Positions 11,807-22,565 of a stretch of DNA of 64,000 nt are shown here, one piece after another. Numbering within the stretch: the stretch's first letter is position 1; every line of letters begins with the position of its first letter. A program made the translations under genes and the position numbers. The notes beneath the pieces are model-generated. The model was not told the DNA's origin, ran no database searches, and saw nothing but the letters and a program-made list of their open reading frames with translations. The stretch is from positions 683,328 through 747,327 of the forward strand of contig JAYQJW010000002.1 of NCBI GenBank assembly GCA_038142325.1, in the 5' to 3' direction. Source of the DNA: Gammaproteobacteria bacterium. GTDB taxonomy: Bacteria; Pseudomonadota; Gammaproteobacteria; GCA-002705445; GCA-002716945.

Positions 11807-13065
11807 CTATATTGTAATTTGAAGACAGACTATTTTTCCATTTTCTGATTGAAAATAGACTTTATTTTTATTAGTAGTGAATTGGGTTTGATGGTTAATA
11901 TCTAACCCGATATCTTTTTCAAATAATATAGATCCATTCTCTAAATCATGTCCTATGAGTAAACCAGAAGTAGTAAAGACCATAGCAATATTATTAATGA
12001 TAAAAGGTTCAGTAATAGTATCATTAACTTCTTGCTTCCAATTCAAAAAACCAGATGTTTTATCCAAGGATATAAGCATATTATCAGTGGTTGATCCAAT
12101 GATAGAGTTGGAAGTTAGACTGATATTACTTGCTATAGAAAATGGACTTGACCATATAATTTTTCCAGAATTTTTATCTAATGAAACTAGATTTCCCTGA
12201 AAATGACCATAATATAATTTATCTCTTTCTACCCTAATATCCATTTCTGCATCTCTTTGCGACTCGAGATCATTTCTACCTGAACGTGATGATGTAATAG
12301 TAAACCAATTTAATGCGCCATTAACTTTATTGTAAGAGGCAATTGACCCATTGTCTCTTGCAATAAAAACATTATCTTCATGTATTAACGGCATTGAGGA
12401 TCCTTTAGTTCTAAGAGGAATATTACGACTTTCGCTTTTCCATATAATATCTTGACTAACTGGATCAATAAGATATAAATCATCATTGTCTAGTTTAAGT
12501 AAAAATAAATTATTTATAGATAATATTGGCGATGCTAACTCTGTAACAAGATTAATGTCAATATCAGCTCCATATTCAGAAAATGTAGCAATGTTTTGTA
12601 TATTTGATACAAGAGGAATATGCTTATTGCTAGCTAAATTTGGTAATTCATAACATAATAGTTTTGCATTAATTGTCCCTATACAAGCTTTATTATCCAC
12701 AATACTAATACCTGAGCTAACATCATAGTTTGTTGGAACTTGCCATAAAATATCACCATCCTCAGTCGAAAGAGCTGATAGCATTCCATCATTATCAACG
12801 GTGTATATGGTATTATTAATTTTTTTATTCTTAAATAACCTGTATTACCATCAGGTGCACTATTGACAGATGTTGACCAAAGAATATTTGATTTGATATT
12901 CATGTTTTTGACCGGTAATGCGTTCACAGAATTGATGGTATCAATTTTCTCGCTTTCTTTAGTTTTTTTATGGATTCCTTTATCAAGATGCCAAGTTAAC
13001 AGATTTGAACATGATGAAATAACTATTGTGATAAATAGTAGTATATGAAATTTAAATGCAATCAT
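11807..13065 (-). CDS. bamB: Outer membrane protein assembly factor BamB (PQQ-like beta-propeller lipoprotein), apparent frameshift near 12820
   Basis: Lipobox ISSC, repeated GxxxW propeller motifs, position between yfgM and der. Confidence 0.8.
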
Positions 13066-13652
13066 TTAACAAGGTTGATTTTAGCTAGAATATTTTTTCT
13101 TTCATTTGGAGTAATTTCAAAAGCTAAGACTTGATTATAATGATTTAAGGCTTCATTCTTATTATTTTGTAAAAGATATATATCACCTCTAAGCTCAATG
13201 TGTTGATAGTTATCTAAGCTAGTTAAAATATTGAGAGCAGTAGAATAATCACTTTGTTCAATTAATATTTTTGCTTTTCTATATTTAGCTAAGTTTATGA
13301 TATCACTATCTGAAGTATTAGAAATAATATGGTCAAGAAATATATAAGCTTCATCAAGTTTGTTGTCTGAATACATAGCTTTTGCAGAGTACAAATTTGC
13401 TAATGCTGTGTAAATATTTTCTGGATTATCAGTCATATTCATTTTTGCATATTCAATAATTTGATCTGTTTTGCCTTTTTGAAAATTATTAACTGCTATA
13501 TCAAATTGACGAGATAACTCTAGCTGTGCGCTATTTTGACTTGATAATAATGATTTATATCCAAATAAAATTGATAAACCAAGAAAAAGGCCTAACAATA
13601 ATCCCTTATAGTTATCCTCTAACCAACTTATAGCCTTTTGTTCATCACTCAT
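13062..13652 (-). CDS. yfgM: YfgM family TPR membrane-anchored chaperone
   Basis: EQKAISWLEDNY plus TM, ELRGDIY..., position hisS-yfgM-bamB. Confidence 0.85.
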   Translation of the reverse strand: MSDEQKAISWLEDNYKGLLLGLFLGLSILFGYKSLLSSQNSAQLELSRQFDIAVNNFQKGKTDQIIEYAKMNMTDNPENIYTALANLYSAKAMYSDNKLDEAYIFLDHIISNTSDSDIINLAKYRKAKILIEQSDYSTALNILTSLDNYQHIELRGDIYLLQNNKNEALNHYNQVLAFEITPNERKNILAKINLVK

Positions 13653-14915
13653 CTAAGTACCCACTTATGAAATTTGTAAAGTTATCAAGATCTATGATTT
13701 TATCATCTTGATTGCTTTTCAAATATTTAATAGTCAGAGTATTATTACGTATTTCATCTTCACCCACAATAACTAAAATGTCACAATTATTTTTAACTGC
13801 ATTTTTAATTTGTTTTGATAGAGATTTATTATTATCCATTTGAATAAGTCGAAAGATAGTTTTACTATTTCTTAAAATAGAAGAATATTTTAAAAGATCT
13901 TTCAGAAGAAGTTGGATAAAACTGCAATACCAACAACAAGCTCCTTATCTTCATAATCAAGCAATTCAACTATACGATCGATACCCATTGCAAATCCAAC
14001 TGCAGGAATTTCTTTTCCTCCTATAATTTTGGATAGGATATCGTATCTACCTCCTGCGCAAATGGCATCTTGTGAACCAAGCTTATTAGTTTTCCATTCA
14101 AAAACTAAATCATTATAGTAATCTAAGCCTCTAACTAATTTTGAATTATTAATAAATTTAATACCAATATTGGTCAGACTGTTTAATATTTCCTCATGTC
14201 TTTTTTTTGAATTAGTATTAATATAATCATGTATAACTGGTGCTGATTCAATAATATCTTTTAACTTATCGTCTTTTGAATCTAACAGTCTTATTGGATT
14301 TTTTTGAATTGTTTTCTCATGTTTATCTGATAAATCTTTTTTGTAGCTATTAAAATAATCTTGCAAGACTTTTGAATATTTTTCTCTATCAGATACTGAT
14401 CCCAGGGTATTAATATGAAGGCTTAGGTCTGTTAATTTTATACGATTAAAAAATTCGCGGGACATTGAAATTATATCGATATCATTATGAATCGTATTGT
14501 CACCCATAAACTCAACTCCAAACTGTATAAACTGTCTATATCTACCTTTTTGTGGTCTTTCGTGCCTGAACATAGGCGCATAATAATAAAGGCGATTTTT
14601 TTTAATACCTCTGTCGTAAATTAAGTTATTTTCAAAAGCAAGTCTCATACATGATGCAGTACCCTCTGGTGTTAAACAAAGTTCATCATCATTTCTATCT
14701 TTGAAGGAATACATTTCTTTTGTAACAATATCTGAGGTTTCACCGATAGATCTTTTAAATAGATTAATTGATTCTAAAGATGGAATTTTGACATGATTAG
14801 TATTAAATAAAGTGCATATATCACGAATTTTTTTTTCAATAAAAAGAAATTTTTTAGATTCTTCTGGCAGAATATCACGGAAGCCTCTAATTTTTTTTGA
14901 GATCAATTGATCCAT
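13645..14915 (-). CDS. hisS: Histidine--tRNA ligase, anticodon domain separated by an apparent frameshift near 13860-13905
   Basis: RGFRDILP, KEMYSFKDR, PEGTASC, MFRHERPQKGRYRQF, LVRGLDYY, AGGRYD; downstream piece SLSKQIKNA...IVGEDE. Confidence 0.95.
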
Positions 14916-14916
14916 G

Positions 14917-15316
14917 CTAACCAAATATTATTGATATTTCTTTGCTCGCATTTTCATCTGAATCAGAGCCGTGGACTGAGTTATATGACTTATCAATTGC
15001 ATATAGTTTTCTTATTGTTCCCTCATCAGCTGTTTGAGGATCAGTAGAACCTATTAAGTTTCTATATGATGTAACCGCATCATTTTTTTCTAGAACCAAT
15101 GCAACAATTTTCCCTGAGGTCATATATTTGATAAGTTTTTCAAAAAAGGGTTTACCTTGATGACAAGCATAGAACTTTTTTGGCCGCAGGAACTGTCATT
15201 TTCATCAACTTCATATCTTTGATTGTGAAACCATCATTTTCAATAACCGTAATTATATTACCAATCAAATTTCTCTCTACAGCATCTGGCTTGATTAGTG
15301 CTAATGTTTGATCCAT
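14917..15316 (-). CDS. ndk: Nucleoside diphosphate kinase, apparent frameshift near 15180
   Basis: [19 protein letters not shown] read from the sequence at 15316; C-terminal piece GTIRKLYA...NSVHGSDS with the catalytic His. Confidence 0.93.
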
Positions 15317-15519
15317 TATTCTATCTCTTCAATCCAATTCATCTGAATTGCTTCAAGTATTTTTTCATTAGAATTATCAGGTTCGTCATCAAATGAGTCG
15401 AGTTCACATATCCATTTATGCAAATCGGTAAAACGGACGTATTTAGGATCCGTATCAGGAAATTTTTCAGCAAGTTCAATTGCAATATCAAGGCTATCTG
15501 TCCACTTTAAAGACATCAA
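15316..15519 (-). CDS. iscX: Fe-S cluster assembly protein IscX
   Basis: [13 protein letters not shown]...[10 protein letters not shown]...[12 protein letters not shown]; follows fdx. Confidence 0.95.
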   Translation of the reverse strand: MMSLKWTDSLDIAIELAEKFPDTDPKYVRFTDLHKWICELDSFDDEPDNSNEKILEAIQMNWIEEIE

Positions 15520-15854
15520 TGATTCTCCGATGCATGATTAATTGTATATTTAGGAATCTCAACCACCAAATCTTGATCTGATACTTTAGCTTGACAACTA
15601 AGGCGCGATTCTGGTTTTAAACCCCAAGCTTTATCAAGATAATCATCTTCATCATCTGTAGGTGGATCAATTGAATCATAACCTGAATTGATGTATACGT
15701 GACATGTAGTGCAAGCGCATGACATCTCGCACGCATGCTCTAATTTAATATTATTATCTAGTGCAATCTTACAGATAGTTTCACCTGGATTTGCAGTGAT
15801 TGTTATTCCATTTGGACATAAATCTGGATTTGGTAAGAAAGTAATCTTTGGCAT
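15516..15854 (-). CDS. fdx: ISC-system 2Fe-2S ferredoxin
   Basis: [35 protein letters not shown]. Confidence 0.97.
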   Translation of the reverse strand: MPKITFLPNPDLCPNGITITANPGETICKIALDNNIKLEHACEMSCACTTCHVYINSGYDSIDPPTDDEDDYLDKAWGLKPESRLSCQAKVSDQDLVVEIPKYTINHASENH

Positions 15855-15856
15855 AT

Positions 15857-17668
15857 TTAAATTATATCATTAATATCTTTACCTGTAATGAGTGACTTAA
15901 TGCTACTGTTCATTCTTCTCTCCACATAAAACTCACAAGTATTCTCGAGATTTTCGATAGAGTTTTTAATTACATCAACTTCTTTAGAGATTATTGCATT
16001 TTTTAATTCTAAAATTGATTTATTTATTCTATCTAAGTTCTGTCTCACTAAGGAGTTGATTACCATCTGACTTAATTGCTTCATTTATAGCATAGATAGT
16101 TCTTTCTGCTTCGACAACATACTCTTGTAGTAATCTAAAATTCTTATCATTCTCCGCTAACGCATTGGATGAATCTAACATTTCTTTTATTTTTTCAGGT
16201 GAGAGGCCATGAGATGGTTTAATTTCAATTGAAGTTTCTTTATCCACAGTTTTCTCTCTAGCACTTACTGTAAGCAGTCCATCAGCATCGACTTGAAATT
16301 TCACAACTATTCTGGCTCCCCCCGCAACCAAAGGGGGTATATCTGTGAGAATAAATTGACCTAAATTTATACATTTAGACACATCCTCTCTTTCGCCCTG
16401 GACTATGTTGATCATCATTTTTGTTTGTCCATCTTTGAATGTAGTAAATGTTTTTTCTGATGATGTTGGTATTGGAGTGTTGCGTGGTATTACTTTTTCA
16501 GATAGTCCTCCATATGTTTCCACGCCCAAAGACAAAGGTAGTACATCTAGAAGAAGCATATCATCTTTAGAGTTGCCTGAGAGTACTTCAGCTTGAATAG
16601 CAGCGCCAGCTGCGACAACTGTATCAGGATTTAGATGATCAAGAATTTCAACATCATAGATTTTATTAAGTGTTTCTTTAATTATTCTCATACGTGTTGA
16701 ACCACCAACTAGAATGATGTTATTTATATTATTATATTCAATGGATGAGTCTTGAATTACTTCATCAAATATTTTTATAGTTTTATCTATTAATGGCGTT
16801 ATCAGTTTATTGAAGTCATTTAAAGTAAGTGAAATATCATAATTCTTCATTTTTAGCTAAATCAGAATTAGATAATTGATGTTTTAGATCTTTTGCTATC
16901 TTAAGTTTTTCATTTTGCACTAATCAATTTAGCTTTTTCAAAGTTTTTAGATATATACTCACTTATAATAATATCAAAATCATCACCGCCTAAATGAGTA
17001 TCACCTTTTGTAGATAAAACTTTAAATATACCCTTATCAATTGATAGTAGAGAAACATCAAATGTCCCGCCACCCAAATCATAAACAATATAATTACCTG
17101 ATTTTTTATCATCAATACCATATGCAATAGCTGCAGCAGTTGGTTCACTTATTAAACGTAAAAGTGTAATGTTCGCCATCTGAGCAGCAAGTTTTGTAGC
17201 CTGTCTTTGCATATCATTAAAGTATGCTGGGACTGTTATTACCGCAGAATCTATATTTTTATTTTTATTATTTTTTGCAATATCAGCAAGCTTTAAAAGA
17301 ATTATTGAAGACAGCTCGATGGCAGAATATTTTTTTTCACCAAACTTAATTAATGGTAAATTATCATCCAAATCTAAGTCTAAATTTTGAAAACTATATT
17401 TGGATATATCGCTTGATGTTAAGCCCATCAACCTTTTAATAGATAATATTTGTTCTGAATCACTATTATTTTCTCCAACTACCAAACCATTGTCTGATTG
17501 TGTCAATACAGATGGTAATATTTTTGAATTATCATTGAGAAAAAATGTTATTTCATTATTTACACTTTCTGCAATAAGAGAGTTTGTGGTGCCTAGGTCA
17601 ATACCTACAGAAAATTTTTTTTCTACAGTAATATTATCATTGGGATCAGATATTTGTATTAATGCCAT
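15857..17668 (-). CDS. hscA: Fe-S chaperone HscA (Hsp70), in three ORF pieces
   Basis: [56 protein letters not shown]; isc context. Confidence 0.93.
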
Positions 17669-17677
17669 TTTGTTAAC

Positions 17678-18160
17678 TTAAATTTGAAATGCTTTTTTAT
17701 AAAATTTAACCATAGAAATGTTTTCATGAAGTATATCAAATTTTTTATCAGATAAATTCTTTTCCATTTCAGATATTAATTGTTTAATTTTAATTACTAA
17801 TTCTTCTTTAATTTGAGCATGCTCAGTGGATTTACATTGCGTGATTTTTTCAGATAATTCTATTTGCATAGTTAAAAAGTCAGTATTCTTAAATGTTTTA
17901 TTTTCATCAACATTATAATTATTTATTTTAAGTATATAATCTACACGTAATACGAGATCTTTAAGTGTATTATAAGCATCATTTATATAAGTTGAGTTTC
18001 TAGTCGCAAGACTTTTCTCCATGTTAGATGAATTGATAAATTTATCTGGATGAAACTTAGCTTGAAGTATTAGATATTTTTTATTCAGTTCTTCAAGTTC
18101 AATTGATACTTCTATATTTAAACCGAATAGTTCAAAATAATTTAGATTTAAGGTAGACAT
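17678..18160 (-). CDS. hscB: Fe-S co-chaperone HscB (J-domain)
   Basis: NYFELFGL, FHPDKF, INDAYNTLK, DFLTMQIEL; ATG at 18160 overlaps the iscA stop. Confidence 0.9.
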   Translation of the reverse strand: MSTLNLNYFELFGLNIEVSIELEELNKKYLILQAKFHPDKFINSSNMEKSLATRNSTYINDAYNTLKDLVLRVDYILKINNYNVDENKTFKNTDFLTMQIELSEKITQCKSTEHAQIKEELVIKIKQLISEMEKNLSDKKFDILHENISMVKFYKKAFQI

Positions 18161-18480
18161 TAAACATTGAAGCTTTCGCCACAGCCGCATGTATCCTTAA
18201 CATTAGGATTAATAAATTTAAAGCCCTCATTGATGCCTTCTTTTGCAAAGTCGACTTGAGTGCCTTTTAGATAAACATAGCTTTTAGGGTTAATAATTAG
18301 TTTAATACCTTTGTCTTCAAAAACATTGTCATCATCGTTTTCATTATCTGCAAACTCAATTACGTAGGCCAAACCTGAACATCCAGTTGTTTTAACACCC
18401 AATCTTATACCAATTCCTTTACCTCTTTGTTGAAGCTGAGATTTAATATGGTCTGCTGCCTTTTCAGTAACACTAATCAT
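18160..18480 (-). CDS. iscA: Fe-S cluster A-type carrier IscA
   Basis: [28 protein letters not shown]. Confidence 0.97.
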   Translation of the reverse strand: MISVTEKAADHIKSQLQQRGKGIGIRLGVKTTGCSGLAYVIEFADNENDDDNVFEDKGIKLIINPKSYVYLKGTQVDFAKEGINEGFKFINPNVKDTCGCGESFNV

Positions 18481-18483
18481 TTT

Positions 18484-19729
18484 TTAATGTGTATTCCATT
18501 TAATTGATTTTATATCTATACCTTCTTTATACATATCCCATAGGGGCGAAAGGTTACGAAGCTTTTCAACTGATTTTTTAAGCAAATCAACTGCATAATC
18601 AACCTCTTCTTCTGTTGTATATTTTCCAATAGTGATTCTTATTGAACTATGTGCTAACTCGTCATCTCTACCAAGTGCTCTTAACACGTAGCTAGGTTCA
18701 AGGCTAGCAGAGGTACAAGCTGACCCAGATGATACTGCAATATCTTTAATTGCCATTATTAAACTCTCGCCTTCAACATAATTAAAGCTGATATTTAAAT
18801 TACCCGGTATTCTATTTTCAAGATCACCATTGAGATAAATTTCCTCAACATCCTTAATCTGATTCCAAAATTTATCTCTTAATGATTTAATTCTTAAATT
18901 ATCACTTTCCATTTCATCATTCGCTATCTTAAAAGCTTCACCCATGCCAACTATCTGATGAGTAGGAAGAGTGCCAGATCTAAATCCTCTTTCATGACCA
19001 CCGCCATGCATTTGCGCTTCTAATCTAACTCTTGGTTTTCTTCTTACATAAAGAGCTCCTATACCTTTAGGTCCATAAACTTTATGAGCCGATAGCGACA
19101 TTAAATCAACATTAAATTTATTTACATCTATATCAACTTTACCAGGGCTTTGAGCAGCATCTACATGAAAAAGAACTTTTTTACTTCTAGTCAGTTTACC
19201 TATGCTCTCTAAGTCCTGTATGACACCAATTTCATTATTTACATGCATCACAGAAACTAAAAGAGTTTGATCTGTTATAGCGTCCTCGAGTTTTTTAAAT
19301 CTAGCAGTCCGTTTGGTTCAGGATCAAGATATGTAACTGAATAACCCTCAAGCTCAAGTTGCCTCATAGTATCCAATACTGCTTTATGTTCAGTTGATAT
19401 TGTAATTAAATGATTTCCTTTAGACTTGTAAAAATGTGCAGCTCCCTTTATTGCAAGATTATTTGATTCCGTTGCACCACTTGTCCACACAATCTCTTTA
19501 GAGTCACATTTAATAAGATTTGCTACATTCTGTCTTGCGTCTTTTATTAATTGGTCACTGTCCCAACCAAATGAATGGGATCTAGAAGCAGGATTACCAA
19601 AAGCTCCATCAAGAGTTAGACAATCAGTCATTTTTGATGCAACTCTCTTATCAACTGGTGTTGTTGAAGAGTAATCCAAATATATTGGAATACTTAGTGA
19701 TGGATTTATTTTTTAGAATTAGTTGACAT
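18484..19729 (-). CDS. iscS: Cysteine desulfurase IscS, apparent frameshifts near 19710 and 19295
   Basis: [33 protein letters not shown] lysine [10 protein letters not shown], catalytic [19 protein letters not shown]. Confidence 0.96.
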
Positions 19730-20165
19730 TAAGATTGCCCTCCCTTGCGTCGTACATTTCATGCACTATGTTTTTATTAGCCACATCTCCTATGGTTATT
19801 TTATTCATGTAATCATAAATAATCTTGTTTAAACCAGTCCAAACATGATGTGTAGAACATGGTTTTTCTTTATTACAATTCAAGCTGCCACCACATTGGG
19901 TTTGATCAATATTTTCATCTACAGCAGTGATAATTTGCAGCAAAGTAATATCTTGAGCATTTCTTCCAAGCTTATAGCCTCCACCTGGTCCACGTTGACT
20001 CTTAACGATACCAGAGTTTTTCAGCTTACAAAAAAGCTGCTCTAAATAAGATAATGAAATTTTTTGACGATCAGAAATTCCTTTGAGTGATACTGCTGAC
20101 TCTTCACTGTTTGCTAGATCAACAATGGCAGTAATTGCGTATCTTGATTTAGTGCTTAGTTTCAT
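19719..20165 (-). CDS. iscR: Fe-S cluster transcription regulator IscR (Rrf2 family)
   Basis: MKLSTKSRYAITA, RQKISLSYLEQLF, RGPGGGY, ligands C-x5-C-x5-C-x2-H (TQCGGSLNCNKEKPCSTH). Confidence 0.95.
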   Translation of the reverse strand: MKLSTKSRYAITAIVDLANSEESAVSLKGISDRQKISLSYLEQLFCKLKNSGIVKSQRGPGGGYKLGRNAQDITLLQIITAVDENIDQTQCGGSLNCNKEKPCSTHHVWTGLNKIIYDYMNKITIGDVANKNIVHEMYDAREGNLNVN

Positions 20166-20179
20166 GCTCGAATTATTAT

Positions 20180-20204
20180 ATACTTGACTTATATAGTCAA
20201 CTAT
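20180..20204. promoter_or_regulatory. Type 1 IscR operator upstream of iscR
   Basis: ATAGTTGACTATATAAGTCAAGTAT (minus strand) is a 25-bp imperfect palindrome matching the recalled type 1 consensus ATASYYGACTRwwwYAGTCRRSTAT at all but one position; a TATAAT lies at its promoter-proximal edge. Confidence 0.8.
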
Positions 20205-20917
20205 TATTTTTTTAGGGCTTTTTTAATACTATTTAAAACACCAAGGAACAAATTAGCTTCATTATCATTAATGTTAAGTTTATTAAATATAATGTATATA
20301 TTTTGGGTAAGCGATCTTTTATTTTGATCAGTTATGATATTTAAATCTGTCATAATTGATAAAAATACTTCAATCAAATGGTTTTTAGTTGATTGCTTAG
20401 CAATATCAGCATCTATTTTATTTATTGTTTTAGATTCTGAACTGCGAAACTTGAAAAACTCATAAGAGAAGATTTGAACAGCAAATGCAAGATTTAATGA
20501 AGAGTAAGCTTTGTCAGTAGGAATAGTTACAATATAATTACAAAGCCGGAGATCTTCATTAGATAAGCCTGATTGCTCATTACCGAATACAATTGATACT
20601 TCATCATCATAACGTGAAAGAAGTTTGTTCAGGTCATCTATAGAAAGTGATGGGATATTAGATTTTCTCGATCTAGCAGAAAAACCTACTATTAATTTAG
20701 AATTACACACGGCACCTGAAAGTAAGTTTGTGACTTTGGCATTATCCAATATATCAGTGCAACCAACAGCTTTTGCATTAGCAATTTTAGATGGAAAATC
20801 TTTTGGTGAAACAAGAGTCAATTGGTTCAAACCCATTGTTTTCATAGCTCTAGCAGTTGAACCAATATTACCAGGGTGACTAGTATTTACTAAAACAATA
20901 TTAATGTTTGAGGACAT
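20204..20917 (-). CDS. trmJ: tRNA (C32/U32) 2'-O-methyltransferase, SPOUT family
   Basis: VLVNTSHPGNIGSTARAMKTMG, VFGNEQSGLSNE, YSSLNLAFAVQI; upstream of iscR. Confidence 0.93.
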   Translation of the reverse strand: MSSNINIVLVNTSHPGNIGSTARAMKTMGLNQLTLVSPKDFPSKIANAKAVGCTDILDNAKVTNLLSGAVCNSKLIVGFSARSRKSNIPSLSIDDLNKLLSRYDDEVSIVFGNEQSGLSNEDLRLCNYIVTIPTDKAYSSLNLAFAVQIFSYEFFKFRSSESKTINKIDADIAKQSTKNHLIEVFLSIMTDLNIITDQNKRSLTQNIYIIFNKLNINDNEANLFLGVLNSIKKALKK

Positions 20918-20946
20918 AATGTAATATACATTAACTAAATAATAAT

Positions 20947-21680
20947 ATGCAACCAAGGATAAATATAACTAAATCTGCATGAAAAATTCTTGAAGAGGAA
21001 GTCAAAAGGCTTTTCATAAATAAAAGCTATAATGCTTTGAAGAATATGCCAGTTAGAGAAATTCTTACTAGTAAGGTTGTGGAGCATATTAATAATTATT
21101 ATAAGTTAGGAGATAATGATTTCATTGGTTTCTTTAATACTGATGATAAAAAAAGATTAAGGATAGATGATGAGAAAATAATCTATGATACAAATCACAA
21201 TGAAAAAAATGTTTCGTATGGATGATCAATTTCTTACAAGATTATGATAATTTTTGTAGGAAACTTCCGTTTTGGGCTTTATCACTATCTCTAAAACAAG
21301 ACAAAGATATCCTTTACTCAATTATTATTAATCCATTCTTAGATATATTTATGTTTAGTGAGAAAGGGTCCGGTGTAGTCAATAATCAAAGAAAAGTAAG
21401 AGCTGTATCATACTCAGATGAAATGATTATTGCAAAATCAAAAAATATTGTGATGCCAAAACAATTTGAAAAGTATCAAAAAATTTCATTAAACTCAATT
21501 TCGATAGAACTTATTTATCTATCAATGGGTCTCATAGATCTGTATATTATAAGTAAAGAAGAATATGAAATGTTTTTGGATTGTATACTAGTAGCGAAAG
21601 AGTCAGGAATTTTAGTAGAATCACACGATGAACATATCATTCTTGCAAATCAGGATAATATTAAAAATATAAATTTATGA
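20947..21680 (+). CDS. Highly divergent SuhB / inositol monophosphatase-like protein, with an in-frame TGA at codon 12 and a frameshift near 21205
   Basis: Start MQPRINITKSA resembles SuhB MHPMLNIA; WMINFLQDYDNF...LPFWALSLSL...IINPFLDIFMFSEKGSG aligns to WVIDPLDGTTNF...LPHFAVSIA...VYDP...LF.A.RGQG; divergent from trmJ, as suhB usually is. Confidence 0.65.
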
Positions 21681-22565
21681 TTCTTCAGGTCTTTTAATAC
21701 CAAAATAAGATAAGCTTGCACTAGCTACAAATATCGATGAATAAGTCCCAACCACAATTCCTATAAACATTGCAATAGAGAAATTTCTGACGGCATCCCC
21801 GCCAAATATAAGAAGAGAAAAGATTACTAGTAATGTTGTAAGTGATGTTACCAATGTTCTAGATAAAGTCTGATTTATAGATTTATCAAGAACATCAACT
21901 ATAGATAGTTTTCTTAAGACTATATTATTTTCTCTTATTCTATCAAAACAACTATTGAATCATTTAAGGAATAGCCTATCACTGCTAAGACGGCAGCGAG
22001 TACACTCAAGTCAAATGTTAAATCAAAAAATGAAAATATACCGAGTGTAATAATTACATCATGAATAAGTGCAGTTATTGCTCCCAATCCATATATAAGT
22101 TCAAACCTCATAGCCACATAAATTAAGATACTAAAGAGTGCGATTAACATTGCCCACTCACCCTTTTCTCTTAGTTCGCTACCAACTTGTGATCCTACAT
22201 ATTCTAGCTTAGATATTGTAAATGTATTATCTGAAAATATTTCATTTAGATAATTATTAATATTTTTCTGTTGAAATAATTTATCATCTTTTAAATTTAA
22301 GAAGTATATCTTTACTTGAACCATATAGCTGAACGCTTACATCATCTATGTTATTTTGTGAAAACTTATTTTGAATATCTAAAACCGATATTTGTTGATT
22401 GAATTTTAACTGGACTATATATCCACTTGAAAAATCTATTCCAAAATTAAATCCTTTAAAAATTATACTAAATAGAGAAATAACTAATAAAATCGAAGAT
22501 AATGCTACAGGTATCTTTTTAAGAGACATAAATTTGATATCAGTATTTTTTAAAATTCTTAACAT
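21675..22565 (-). CDS. secF: Protein translocase subunit SecF, two apparent frameshifts
   Basis: FGIDFSSG, VGSQVGSEL, ALIHDVII, IGYSLNDSIVV, then RIREN...QTLSRTLVTS...GTYSSIFVA read from the sequence. Confidence 0.93.

Noticed and set aside
20947-21036. In-frame TGA in the suhB-like gene as a sign of UGA recoding (genetic code 4 or 25, or selenocysteine)
   Set aside because: TGA acts as a normal stop in ATGA overlaps (3321-3324, 34582-34585, 48447-48450), conserved Trp residues use TGG, and I noticed no other conserved gene needing read-through. A base error or pseudogene lesion is simpler.
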